Source: Ylistrum balloti
Taxonomy: Eukaryota
DNA: 64,000 bases
Assembly (NCBI RefSeq): GCF_031769215.1
Contig: NW_026782027.1
Span: 1-64,000 of the forward strand
Direction of reading: 5' to 3'
Of the stretch, positions 39,401 to 52,592 are shown in pieces; position 1 is the first letter of the stretch; every line of letters begins with the position of its first letter. Below the pieces are notes generated by a model, which saw nothing but the letters and a program-made list of their open reading frames with translations, ran no database searches and was not told the origin of the DNA. The position numbers and the translations under genes are program-made.

Positions 39401-42076
39401 GCTTTATGAAAGACAGATTTATTGGTGAAAATACAAGGTTAGTCTGTGATATAATGCATGATTTAGAGGAAAAAAATATGTCTGGTTTATTACTATTGGT
39501 AGACTTTGAAAAAACCTTTGATTCTTTGGAATGGAAATTTACACAAAAATCTTTGCAATCTTTTAACTTTTGTCAGTCTTTGCTCAAATGGATACATTTA
39601 TGATACTATAATGCAAAAAGTAGAATAATTAACAATGGATATTTTTCTTCATTCTTTGAGATACAGCGTGGTTGTAGACAAGGGTACCCGATATCGCCAT
39701 ACTTATTTTTAATTGGGATAGAAATTTTGGCCATACAGCTAAAAAAAAAAAAAAATCAAAACATTAACGGAGTGAAAATAAATGTTAAAGAATATATGTT
39801 AGGTCAATATGCTGATGATGCCTTTCTATTTCTAGATGGCTCTCCTAGGTCATTATCAAGTGCAATAACTGATTTCAATATTTTCTATGAAGTTTCTGGA
39901 CTCAAATTAAACATTGAAAAATGTCGATTAATATGGGTTGGTAATAAAAAGTATTCTGATGAGATTATATGTCCAGAATACCAGTTCAACTGGTCATCCC
40001 AAGATTTCAAGTTACTTGGAATACGGTTTTCCTTGGACCTTTCACATATGATTGAGTTTAATTATAAAGAAAAACTTTCCAAAATACGTAAACTTCTGGG
40101 AATGTGGGCCAGAAAAAATCTTACACTTTTAGGGAAAGTTACTGTTATTAAAACATTAGCCCTTCCTCTACTCATACATCTATTCTATTATCTCCCAAAT
40201 CCTAGCAAACAGATGATTAGTGAAATAAATTCAGTGTTTTTCAGATTCATTTGGGGACATAAGCCAGAACAAATTAAGAGAAATACAATGATTTTAGACT
40301 ATGAAGAAGGAGGATTAAAGATGGTACATATTGAAAGTTTTATGAAATATTTAAAAATTAAATGGATTAAAAGGTTATATGAAGGGACAGGAGATTGGCA
40401 ATCTTTAGCCAAATCCAACTTCAGTAAATATGGAATGGACAGAATGTGGAACATGGATAAGGAAAAAATAGAAGAAATATCAGATAATATAAAGAATCCC
40501 TTTTGGAGAGATGTTGTTTTAGCATGGAATGAGTATAAAGATGATAACATTGACCCAAATGCATTTGTTAATGGTGACCTTTTAAATTATATTCCTCTAA
40601 ATTTATTCAAGCAATTTAAATCATATGAGACAAACGGGGTCAAAACAGTAAAGGATTTATTGGATGAAAATTTACAATTTTTATCATTCAATGTAATGAA
40701 AGATAAATGTAGGAACATTAATTTTTTGCAGTATTTTTCACTGACTAATAAAATAACAAGGAATAAATTAAATTGATTAAGACAAGAACTGGTCACCTTG
40801 GAAAACATAAACTATTTACAGCAATTAATAGAAAAAAAGAGATTTTAAATGTGTCTATAAATCACTAGTAGTGGAAAACAAACATTATCCTGTGGAGAAA
40901 GAAGAGAAATGGAATAGAAAATTAAATAAAAACTTAAGTGAATATGTTGATTGGAAATGTATTTATTTAAACAGTTTCAAAATGACAATGGATACAAATT
41001 TACAAAATCTCCAGTTTAGAATAATTCATAGAATTTTAACAACAAATAGTTTTCTTCACAAAATAAATGTGGTAGACAGTGATTTGTGTACCTTCTGTGA
41101 AAATGAACCAGAAACTCTAGAACCTTTGTTTTTTTACTGTATTAAAGTAAACAACATATGGAACGAATTGAAGGACTGGATGAATAGTTTTAGTAATAAC
41201 GGATTAATAATTAATCAATTAAATATTGAAGATGTTTTACTCTTCTGCAAACAAGGTCCAGCTATTATCAATTACTTGATATTGATTATAAAGAATCATA
41301 TTTATTACTGTCGTTTTAGAAAAATACTACCATCTTTTAGTGTTGTTAAAAACTGTATTAAGAAAATAAACCTAATTGAAAAAAATGTGGCAGACACTAA
41401 TAAGGGACTGCTTAAATTTAATCAAAAATGGAATCCCCTGAACAATTTATGTAATTAGTTTTTCTCATATAAGCTGGAAATTTCCCCAGATGAACCATAA
41501 TATCAAGTCCTTCAATTGCACATGTTGGTAAAACAGAAATGTCATACATAATTTTTGGTAGGATTTTTAGGTAAAATGAAATGTTAACATATATGATATT
41601 GTCTAAAGTACATAATCAGGTAATTGTTAGGTGTGTGTGTAAACTTGTTTGTTAATGTCTGATGTATTTGTATGTATCGAGAAATTATTGTGTGTATATG
41701 TAAACGTGTATGCTGCAGAGTGTATTGTTTATTTGTGTATATGAACTAATTAGAAATTTATATGAACTAATTAAGTAGTATATTATAAAAAAAATGTCCT
41801 TTTTTATTGTTTGAGTAGATGTATTTGTTCATATTTGTGGTTGTGTGAGTTTTGGATGAAAGAGAGACGAATGTATGTGATGAGTAATGTAGTTTATATA
41901 AAAGGAATTATATAAGGAATGGAATGGAGATATAAAAGGAATGGAATGGAGATAGTAGTAAAGTTTATGGTTTGTTTATATTGTCAGTGTGAATGGCAAG
42001 TGTGACGAGTGAGAGCCCTCCTGTGTGGGGACATGTGTTGTAATGTTAATGTTTATTTTGTCAATTAAATTTGTAA

Positions 42077-42116
<40 letters not shown>

Positions 42117-42500
42117 AATTTTATATCAATATTTGACTATTTAGTGATAATTCTGTAAATTTTGGTGATTGTCAATTGTACATTAAACAACATTAAACTG
42201 TTTTTGTCTCATAAAAGATGTAACTGTCATTTTGCTCTTGAGCGTTTTCAAACGAAACAATTGATGAATAACTTATGATCGTGATTTATTATGAAAATGA
42301 AGGTAACTTTTAAAGAAGTTAGGAACTCCAAGTTATTCAAGTCATTAATACAAAGTAACTAAACAGGAAGAATTTATACTTTTTGACTTACAATACCTCT
42401 TATCTTATGACATTTTTTTTTACCGTTTTACAGCTTACAGGAGTTAGTCCACTATTTTAAAATTCCTGTACCTTCGACAACAAGTTCACCAGTTCTCTAA
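36417..42500 (+). CDS. P4: 111-aa secreted twin-CX3C protein (P subfamily). Coding exons 36417-36507, 37134-37311, 42434-42500. Intron 3 carries a LINE
   Basis: Splices to MKLALFLAVFLPLAMSSPQKKALNPFLNSTLNIFKVNELKLLVTDLVKQLGSDEREAECETECNTLFNTQFSTGSIDSISHSACPVACHSLQELVHYFKIPVPSTTSSPVL*. Donors are GTAAGT and GTTAGT. AATAAA at 42546-42551. Confidence 0.8.
37495..42108 (+). mobile_element. 5'-truncated Tx1/L1-clade non-LTR retrotransposon. ORF2 ~37687-41458 with APE endonuclease, RT and zf-RVT-type region; few frameshifts and stops
   Basis: Endonuclease motifs SLNVRG, LQETH, GGDWN, SRLDYF. RT motifs KSPGSDG, WRPLTLLNTDYK, VDFEKTFD, RQG, QYADD. C-terminal CTFC...FFYC. (TA)n tail. 9-bp target duplication TATATTGTA at 37486-37494 and 42109-42117. 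Empty site in the paralogue at 13936-13944. Confidence 0.92.
42081..42112. repeat. (TA)n microsatellite forming the LINE 3' tail
   Basis: About 16 TA units directly visible. Confidence 0.95.
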
Positions 42501-42949
42501 AGGAACTTTCTTTGCAAACCTGAACCGTAACGTAATGATTAAGTAAATAAACATAATATGATGTTAACGAAGTTTCCATTTTGTCATTTATATTTGTGCG
42601 TTGTACGACATTAAATGATATAACAAAAATATTGATAAACAAAGAATGATTGTATCATATATGTCCGAATATATTTGAGTTTTTAAAAACATTTCTCAGT
42701 AATGCTAGAGTAGTAAAGAAATTATCATAACAGGATCATGAATTCATTTCATTGTGAAAACCATTGGAATTGTAACTTTATGTATGTTGCCAAATGCACA
42801 TATAGTAATTAAAGTATAACTCTGTACTCGCAAAATTTATGATTCAGCCATCCATGAAATATGTATTTTATGCGAATGTAATAAACACCGAGAGGAATAC
42901 GAAACGCATCTTCAACATTTAGATTTAATAAAGTAAGAGTCACAATAAG

Positions 42950-43270
42950 ACCGACATGAACTTAGGGTACCCCAATATACACAAAACATTAAGCGGAAAT
43001 AACGGTAGTTGTCAGGCCGATCCCTGATATCGTGTGTCCATGGAGGAATGTTAATTCATTTTTTGGTAAGTTCGATGGCCAATTTGCGAAGGTTACATAA
43101 GGTGTCTGTTGGATTCCCAAGTATTCTCTCTAATCCACCCCATAGATGGTTGATTGGAGACAGGTCCGGACCACATGAGGCCTATCAAAAGGTCGATATT
43201 CTGGGTTGCAGAAAACTCGAATGGTGCTTAATAATGACCGGTACAACATGAGGATCTCATTTTGCTATAC
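42950..43270 (-). mobile_element. Tc1 C-terminal fragment, duplicate of 14660-14975
   Basis: Same PDLSPINHL motif region in the paralogous position. Confidence 0.65.
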
Positions 43271-43479
43271 TGTTTTAAAACAATAATCTAATGGACCTAA
43301 TCAACACTTGTATCTGACAGCAAATGCAGGCAGAACTGGTATGAAGTTACTGCAAATTCGCAGAAAGAAAAAAATACCAGAAGACCCAAGAAACAGTAAA
43401 ACAAAGATACAAATAAAAAGCACATTCAACATGAACCAAGAATCAGACAGAGTAAAGAGCATTTAATTGTATCACACAG

Positions 43480-46380
43480 TTGTTTCGTCCTTCAGTGACT
43501 CTTCTCTTTGTGTGCCTCGTTTTCCCTACAAGGTTCTGTCATCATCATGGAATATTTTAACGCTCAACTCTGTGGTCCTCACAAACTTTCAAAATTATCG
43601 AGTTCTTCGTCTACAACGATGTTTAGACCGATATCAGTTGAGCGCTCTGACTACTTCCTACATTTGCTCTGGACCATTATATGCCTATGTACACTCTGAT
43701 AATGGCATTTCATCTCTTATTGATCATGTGATAATAGATTCATCCAAAATTGACCTCATATCAAACTCTTTGTGTGCCTCGTTTTCCCTACAAGGTTCTG
43801 TCATCATCATGGGATATTTTAACGCTTGCCTCTGTGGTCCTCGCAAACTTTCAAAAGTATCGAGGTCTCCGTCTACAACGATGTTTAGACCGATATCAGT
43901 TGAGTGCTCTGACTACTTCCTCCATTTGCTCTGGACCATTATATACCTATGTACACTCTGATGACGGCATTTCATCTCTTATTGATCATGTGATAATCGA
44001 TTCATCCAAAATTGACCTCATATCAAACTGTTTTATCGATGACCAACCTTACTTGGACGTCTCCGATCACAGACCAATCTTCTGTGATATTCTTTTTCCA
44101 ACCGCATCGTCCATAAAATCTCTCCAGCTTGAACGCAATATTTTCAAGTGGCCTTCCGATGGCACTTTTTCAGGTACTGAAGTCTATCGCGATAACCTTC
44201 ATCAGCTTATAACGCAGTCCAACCTCATTAGTTACACAATGTTTCATACATCGACAGTTAGACGGACTTATTGACTAAAGGTATTCAGGACATATCCCTA
44301 TCGTCTCTCCAAAAGAGGAAGTTTAAGAAATTCTTGAAACCCTATTGGAAAGGAAAGCTGAAAGAGTTACATCGCGATATGTGGCGGTCGAAATGTATTT
44401 GGGACGAAGGTCGTCCTCGTGATCCTAACTCTCACTCCTTTTGCTTATACAAGGACGCGAAACGTAAGTTCCGGCATAAACAACGCCAGTTATCAGAGAA
44501 CCATATTATTATATGGACTTCCACATCAAAGTAGCGGCGGATATATATGTCTTTGTATATTATTTAATGCTTTCAGAAGGTTTGATTATGTACCTGTGTC
44601 ACTAAAACATGGCTTGATTTGCACGTTATATATAGGTCATAATAAGCCAAGAATAACCCAAATAGCTACAGAGCGATTTCTCTCCTACCCGTTATTCTAA
44701 AAGTGTATGAAAAAACTACTCTTGATAAGATTAGAGTCTATAAACCTTTTTCATGTAAATTCATTACAGCATGGTTTCAAAAACAAGCTAGTATCTCTAT
44801 GACTTCATATATTGTGCAAGAAACAATCGCGTACGCTTCTGAACATGATAGAAAATTGTTCACTTGTTTTTAGACGCGTCTAAACCCTTTGATTGTGTCT
44901 GGCTCGACGGTCTGTTTTTTAAACTATCACATTTGGCTTTTGACAGATAAATTATTAGTATGATTATGTCTTTACACAAGGATATGTATAGTGTTGTTAT
45001 GCATCAAAATCTTGTGTCTAAAGTGTTCGAGATAATCCAGGGGACACGTCAGGACAGTATTATCTACCCTTGGCTCTACTGTGTTGATATCAACGATTTC
45101 CTGACTGATCTTACTAGTTCTGTATTCTAGCTAGCTATATCAGATGTAAATGTCAAGAGACCTTCGCAAGCAGATGATATCTGTCTTCTTTCACTTACCA
45201 AACACAATTAAGATATGCTGATAGATATTTGCTAAAATTATAGTTGTAATTGGAGATTTTAATATAATGCCTCCAAATCAGCAGTTGTTTGTCCTCAACG
45301 AAAGTAGTAATGTTCGCTCACAATCGTATCGTACTTGGTATCTAGGTGACAATGTTGTTCATGAAAGCACAAATGTTAAACACGTAAGTATTAATTTGAA
45401 TAAATTTAAACCAGGTCGGCCTGATGTCGGCGATGTTATCCACAAACTGCGAGGTCAGTGTTTCGCTCTACTGAATTGTTATTTATTTGGTCCCAGTATC
45501 AATCCTTGACTGGAGTCCATATGTATTTGTCTGTTGTACTACCTTGAGGTATGTTTGGTTGTGATCTCTGGCACTCTCTCTCCAAATCTGATTGGCGTCG
45601 CCTAGAATCAGCCAATTTATGTGCAAAATAAATACAAAATTGCCTACTTCGTACTAGGTCTGATGTAGCATTGGGAATGATAGGTTTGCCTTCTATACAT
45701 CTTTATGTAGAGCAATGTAAGCTTCGTTTTTTTCGAGGCTTTGCGTAATATAAAAACAACTTGTACTTCAAAGCAACTCTTTTTGTTGCGTTTACACCAA
45801 AAATATCTTGGGAGTAAATAACGCTAAGAAAGGTTTCATCAACATTTGGGATGCTTTACACAAATATAACTTCCGAGATCTCTCACTTGATTTTCTAAAT
45901 TCTGGGATATTTCCATCCAAGCTTAGCAGGAAATATCTTGTAAAGAATGTCCTTCTCTGTAAAGAATCTGATGACTGGCGTTTACGTTCGTTAGAATTTT
46001 ATAGATTCAAAATTCTTTATCCTGATATGGTTCCTGATGTAATTTGGTTATTTTCTAAACGCCATTCAAATTTTTGCAGGACATGTAAAACTGTGGCGAA
46101 AATGTGGATTCTCCTCTCCTACGTGTGAACTTTGATGTGCTAGATGGAAAGGCACTTTTGAAGACGCAGTCGCCCATTGTTTACTTGCCTGCAAAGAGCC
46201 CATATTAAAGTTTCTGCGAGATACTAGTTTACTAGTTTTGTGGTCAAATATCCAGTTAATGTGTAGGTATCATTTGACCAGGCGGACAGAGCTGTCAAGA
46301 CAGCGGCTCCGTGGGGTGCTCCCAGCGGGGGCATTTATCAATCATTATATGATGATTCATATTTGTTCACATTTTTTTTT
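43480..46380 (+). mobile_element. Duplicate of the degenerate LINE, with an internal 262-bp tandem duplication and extra retained segments
   Basis: Highly similar to 15190-17400. Tandem copies at 43504-43765 and 43766-44027. Confidence 0.75.
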
Positions 46381-46826
46381 TAAAATTGTCTCATGTTTTC
46401 TGAAAAGGCCTACAATATGACTTTTCAGTAAAGGCCATCTCATATCTAATGTTTGATGTGTTCTGCTAGAAATTTCCATTATTGATGGATTTGTAATTCA
46501 CATTCATTGTTCAGTATTTATATACATATATTCTTGCACTTTTTCCTTTAACTTTCACCTACATTTATCATAATTATCATTGTAATTACTCTTAAATTTT
46601 TTGGAGGAAATAAAGAAATGATGTTGATGATGATGGTAGAACATCTTTGTATTCTGAATAGTGCAACTACATGTACTTGAGTGAATCAACACCTAAATAA
46701 CAAACACAAAATACAAAACTATGTTTTGTGTAGTTGAACTCATAAGATAATACTGTAACTTCGGATTTCGTTTTTATTAGGATGACAAATGTTTTATATT
46801 CGTCTCAGGTTTCTAGGACCCCAATT

Positions 46827-48601
46827 TTAAGCAGAAGAAGCTGGTTGAGATGTCGGGATATGGAAAAAGTGGACGAGTTCTTGTAGCCTGTGAACGAAAT
46901 AACGGACATATTATTAGACATAATTTAGCCCTAAACTGACAACATAAACATATGCGGTTGTCTAATGGGTTGATACGTTTATCTAAACTTTCAATGTCTT
47001 TCTATTGTATTACCTAGGAAAATGCAATATGCCTAGTCAACGTTAGCTGTTATTGACTCCATAGCGACCAGGCTTGATGCTTGGTTAAGATGACCGAAAA
47101 TTTCTTTAAAAGGAAAAGAGAGCTTAAGAAATGGAGAAAGAGATTGCTAATTGTGTAACAACACAGATACTGATAGATTAACTGTTTTATTGTTTTATCG
47201 TTATTCCGACCAATGCATGAACATCGCAAATCAATTCTGGTGACACAGAAAAGACTGAGACTGAGTCCAATGACCCTTTAACCAATGAAACAGATCAGCT
47301 AAAGCCTTAGACAAACGTATCAGTAATTATCTAATTACAAATCAATTATAAAACATCTGCTGGTTGAACATTATAAGGACAGAGTCTATACTGCGATTAG
47401 ATCATAACACATCAGTGTAATGACATTGTAGTATTGTTATATTTTCGAGGATATCATTTCGCTGTTTTTTTTAAGGACGGAAAAAATGTTTGAACTTATA
47501 TTTGATGAAGATAACACAAATCCCTATCATAACCTCCTTGATATGTATATTTCTACAAGCTTCATTAACATAGCCAAAATTTGACAAAAAGGAAAATTAA
47601 CAATATTTTGAAATAGTGATCTCTAATGTCCGTTCGAAGAAAGCAAATATATTTTGGGATTGTAAAATCTACCCGAATACTTACGAATGACAGGCAAGAG
47701 GACAAGCATTGTGAGAAATGGTGTTAACAGATCCAGTGGAGAATTGTGTGTCAACAAGCGTGTTACATTCCCTCTCACATTCTAACTCCCTCTCGTTGGA
47801 ACCGAGCTGTTGTACTAAATCTGTGACCAGCAGTTTGAGCTCGTCAGCGTGGAAAATGTTAACTGAAACATATGGGGATAAGATTACATTTTGTTTAATA
47901 AAATTATAAGGAATTCCAACGACATTTCAACAGAATCTTAATTAAAAATCAAGTTCGATAAAAATAGGGTAAGATATGATTAAAAACGATTTACTCGGAG
48001 ACAAGTGAAAATAAAATGAGAAAAAGACCAGGTATTTTGGAAGAGAAAGCGTCTTCTACTTCATCGACGACACTTGCTGTTCTAACCGTTGTCAATCAAA
48101 CAATACTTTTTACGTTCCAAAATTAAGCTCAGAAGAATACCATAGTATATCAGCAAAAGAGAACCTTCTCATCAATTTGTCATGGTGTTTCATAAGAATA
48201 CGATACAGAAGAAAAATATCACGGATAATTTGTCGATCATTGTCGTCAATTATTGGCTTCAGCTGTGTCTGGATCATTGAAGGCTCTATACAGTGTTATT
48301 AGCACAAAAAACTCATTCCAGCAAGGAACATACAAGTTTTGAATTTGAAGCAATTAGGATACAATCATTGTTTGTTTTGTTTATAACGTTATCACAACTT
48401 TATTTACGCGAGTGTGATGTATTGTTAACAGTGTCATTGATGTAAATGTTACTATTTGGTGTACACATCGAATAAGGTCTAATTAACTATGTTAACACTT
48501 TACTTACGGATGCTGTTCAAGAATGGGTTATCAGATAAAGCTCTTTGGGGTGCCGACATTGCCAAAGGCAGAACAACCACGAGTAAAAGTGCTAATTTCA
48601 T
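46827..48601 (-). CDS. M4: 110-aa secreted twin-CX3C protein. Coding exons 48601-48508, 47862-47685, 46887-46827
   Basis: Splices to MKLALLLVVVLPLAMSAPQRALSDNPFLNSILNIFHADELKLLVTDLVQQLGSNERELECERECNTLVDTQFSTGSVNTISHNACPLACHSLQELVHFFHIPTSQPASSA*. AATAAA at 46778-46773. Confidence 0.88.
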
Positions 48602-49556
48602 GATGATACTCGGCTAAATAGCACAAATGCGAACTGTCGGAAAAAGAAAAGTGTTGTAAATAAAAAAGGAATATTGTAAAATACCCCAATTTTTCTTGCA
48701 GCGTATAATGGTGTTTGTCGAAACGAATAAAAGTGTGAACGAGAATCTTAGTAAAAAACATCAAACATATGTTACAATGACCATTGAATCAGTGTAGTCC
48801 AATCTGTAAACATTGAAAATCAACAAACAAATGGAAGTTAAGTTGTACCAATTATACAGATGATAAACTTCATCGGCAAATATGTCAATGATAAACCATT
48901 TCAACACAAAAAAATAAAATAACTGCGATGAAGATAAAATGCGTGAACAGCTTCAACAATGCAAGATATTTGTTATTGTGCAGTATTAAAACCAGTAACT
49001 GCAAATAACATTTGAAGCCGCACAAACTACATCTTCTATATATATAAGAGTAAACCATGCACTCTGCGGAATTCAGTTATCACAACGAATTGATATGTCA
49101 TACAAACCAACGAATTTCTATTGTATGGAACAAAATCATTATTTAAAACGTGTATTTCTTTAAGGTATTTTTGGAATCAAAATTCTAGTAGAATTAAAAT
49201 GTTATCAATCGATGTTTCAAAACAAGAAATTGAAAAAAAAGCTTAATAGGCGCTAAAACAAAACAAAAAAGGAAAAAAAAGAAAAAAAGAACAAAAAATC
49301 TTACAAAATAAAACGGAACGAAATTTGATTAAACAATGAAAGTATGCAAAAAGCAAAAGGAATGAAACCAAAAAGGAAACACAGGAGATAAATGTCGTCA
49401 GGAAATGCTATTTTCCAAAATAATAAACTGTAATTTTGAACATTTTATAATAATTTTATTAATAATGATAGATCGTGTCAGAGAAATTCATTTTGAGAAG
49501 ATATATCGGTAAGAAATAGCATTATATTCCATATAATAAATGCATTAGGAACTTAC

Positions 49557-49613
49557 CAAAGTGGTCGGTAGTTGAGGACTTGGACGATCGATGGGCGGTA
49601 CGCTATTTATATA
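49557..49613 (-). promoter_or_regulatory. M4 TATA box (49613-49606) and non-coding exon 1
   Basis: Conserved TATATAAA...ctttg|gtaagt cassette. Confidence 0.72.
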
Positions 49614-50892
49614 GAGATAAATGCGTGTCTTTACTGGCTTAATGGCAAAACACACCCATGTGAAAAGACATCTGTACACAAAGTCGTACGATTACGTGAT
49701 CTATTTTACTTTCCGTTCTTATCATGATCAGACCCATTTGATATAAATATATGAGATAATGAAATAGTCGATTTACATTACGCATACCTGATATACGTTT
49801 TGTGATATATTATTAAGATCAGAATTGAACAACATTGAACCGATTGCCAAATTAATTAAAGGAAAACAGAGAGTACTTGGTATCAGTAGTATGATATCGT
49901 TACAGTTGTTTCACTCTTCAAGGAATCGTCAGTGATGCTAAATTACTATTTTTTCAAAACCTAGAATAATAAAGACTGATCGAAGAGATGTCATAATCTA
50001 GAACGTCTTTGTACTCTAAATAGTGCAACTACAGGTATGCGATTGAATTTAAACATAACGTGCAGTGTAAGACAACCCGAGTTTCATGCATAGGAAACTC
50101 TGACTGCAGTAACCGCAATAGTTAGAATCAATAGCATACCAATACCTGACAAAGGTATGATTATCTAAAGATTATAAAAAATGGGTTTGCCCCATTGTGA
50201 AGTTCACAAATAAATTGTCCGGCTGATAGAAACGCTATATCCGCCTTGAGAATGGGCATATATTGTAATGTTTCTAGCAGTTGAGTAAATTTCTTACACT
50301 TAAACACTATAGGCAGTATTCTATCTTTTACATTCCAAAGATTTATCGTATCAATGCAGACATCGCGTCATCGATGATTTTTTTTTCACTTATTTTCTTG
50401 CTTATTGTATTCTTCAACGAAGAAAGGCTACCTGCTATAGAGCACCGAGTATTTTGAAACGTTTACTTGTTTGAACAAATAAACATTTTAAACAAACTTT
50501 TCTTGAAAATTGAAATTTTCTCTACCAATATGAACTAGCTGCCAATTAGAGACTCATTTTTACATTCTTTGCAGCTATGTTACATCAAATCTTCAAAGCA
50601 GTTACACAATTTTAAATATGTAAAGATATCAAGACTTTCAGCAACGCTCCTCGTAAACTGGCTTGAATAAACATGTAAAGAAGTATTGAGATTATTTCAC
50701 TTGAGGATAACCATTCCAAAGAGAGACACCCTCACCCACATGCACACCTAACTAACAAATCCAAAAAAACACACAAAAAACTACAAGTTTTCTTGTAGTT
50801 GAACATATGAAATAATACAGTAATTTAAGATTTGGTTTTTTATTAGGATGGCGAAATGTTCATATTCTTCTAAGGTTTATAGCACCTTTCTT

Positions 50893-52592
50893 TTAAGCAG
50901 CAGAAGCTGGTGTAGGTGTCGGGATATGGAAAAAGTGGATGAGTTCCTGTAGCCTGTGAACGAAATAATGGACATATTATTAGGTATGATTTAGCCTAAA
51001 ACTGACAACATAAACATATGCGGTTGTTCACTGGGTTGACACATTGATCTAATCTTTCAATGTCTTTCTAATGTATTACTCAGGAAAATGCAATATAACT
51101 AGTCAACGTTAGCTGCTTTTGACTCCATAGCGACCAGGCTTGATGCTTGGATTAAGATGACCACAAACAATTTTAAAAGGAAAAGAAAGAGAAAAAAATA
51201 TATACTGATAGATTAACTGTTTTACTGTTTTAGCCATCGATCTTCCGACCAATGCATGAATATAGCAAATTAATTTCATTAAAACAGAAGAAACTATGGC
51301 TGGGTTCAATGACTCTTTTCCTAATGAAACAGATCAGCTAAAGCCTTAGACAAACGTATAAGAGTTTATGTAATTAAAAATCAATGATAAAACATCTGCT
51401 GGTTGGACATTATAAGGACAGAGTCTATACTGCGATCAGATCATTACACATCAGTGTAATGACACTGTAGTTATATTTTCGAGGATGTCATTTCCCTGTT
51501 TCTTAAGGACGGAAGAAGTATTTGAACTTATAATTGATGAAGAAAACACAAATCCCTATCATAACCTCCTTGACATGTATATTTCTACAAGCTTCATTAA
51601 CATAGCCAAAATTTGACAAAAAGGAAAATTAACAATATTTTGAAATAGTGATCTCTAATGTCCCTTAGAAGAAAGCAAATACATTTTGTGATTGTAAAAT
51701 CTACCCGAATACTTACGAATGACAGGCAAGAGGACAAGCAGTGTGAGAAATGGTGTTAAGAGATCCTGTAGAGAATTGTGTGTCCACAAGCTTGTTACAT
51801 TCCGCCTCACATTCTGTCTCCCTCTCGTTGGAACCGAGCTGGTCTACTAAATCTGTGACCAGGATTTTAAGCTCGTCAGCGTGGAAAACGTTAACTGAAA
51901 CATATGAGGATACGATTACATTTTGTTTAACAAAATTATAAGGAATACTAACGACATTTCAACAGAATCTTAATTTAAAATCAAGTTCGATAAAAAGAGG
52001 GCAAGATATGAATAAAAAAACCGATTTACTCGGAGACAAGTGAAAATAAAATGAGAAAAAGACCAGGTATTTTGGTTCTAACCTTTGTCAATCAAACAAT
52101 ACTTTGTTATGTTCCAAAATTAAGCTCAGAAGAATATCATATTATATCAGCAAAAGAGAACCTACTCATCAATTTTCATGGTGTTTCATAAGCATACGAT
52201 ACGAAAGAAAATATCACGGATAAGTTGTCGATCGTTGTCGTCAGTCTTTGGCTTCAGCTGTGTCTTGCTAATTGAAAGCGCTATACAGTGTTTTTAGAAC
52301 ATCACATTCCAGCAAGGAACATACAAGTTTTGAATTTGAAGCAATTAGGATACAATCATTGTTTGTTTTGTTTATAACGTTATCACAACTTTATTTACGC
52401 GAGTGTAATGTATTGTTAACAGTGTCATTGATGTAAATGCTACTATTTGGTGTACACATCGAATAAGGTCTAATTAACTATGTTAACACTTTACTTACGG
52501 ATGCTGTTCAAGAATGGGTTATCAGATAAAGCTCTTTGGGGTGCCGACATTGCCAAAGGCAGAACAACCACGAGTAAAAGTGCTAATTTCAT
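50893..52592 (-). CDS. M5: 110-aa secreted twin-CX3C protein. Coding exons 52592-52499, 51894-51717, 50953-50893
   Basis: Splices to MKLALLLVVVLPLAMSAPQRALSDNPFLNSILNVFHADELKILVTDLVDQLGSNERETECEAECNKLVDTQFSTGSLNTISHTACPLACHSLQELIHFFHIPTPTPASAA*. The exon-2 acceptor is AAG rather than TAG but keeps AG. AATAAA at 50844-50839. Confidence 0.86.

Larger units (their letters stand above)
23450..49870 (+). repeat. Segmental duplication unit 2 (longer mainly because of the Tx1 insertion)
   Basis: Colinear with 1-20780. Confidence 0.85.
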
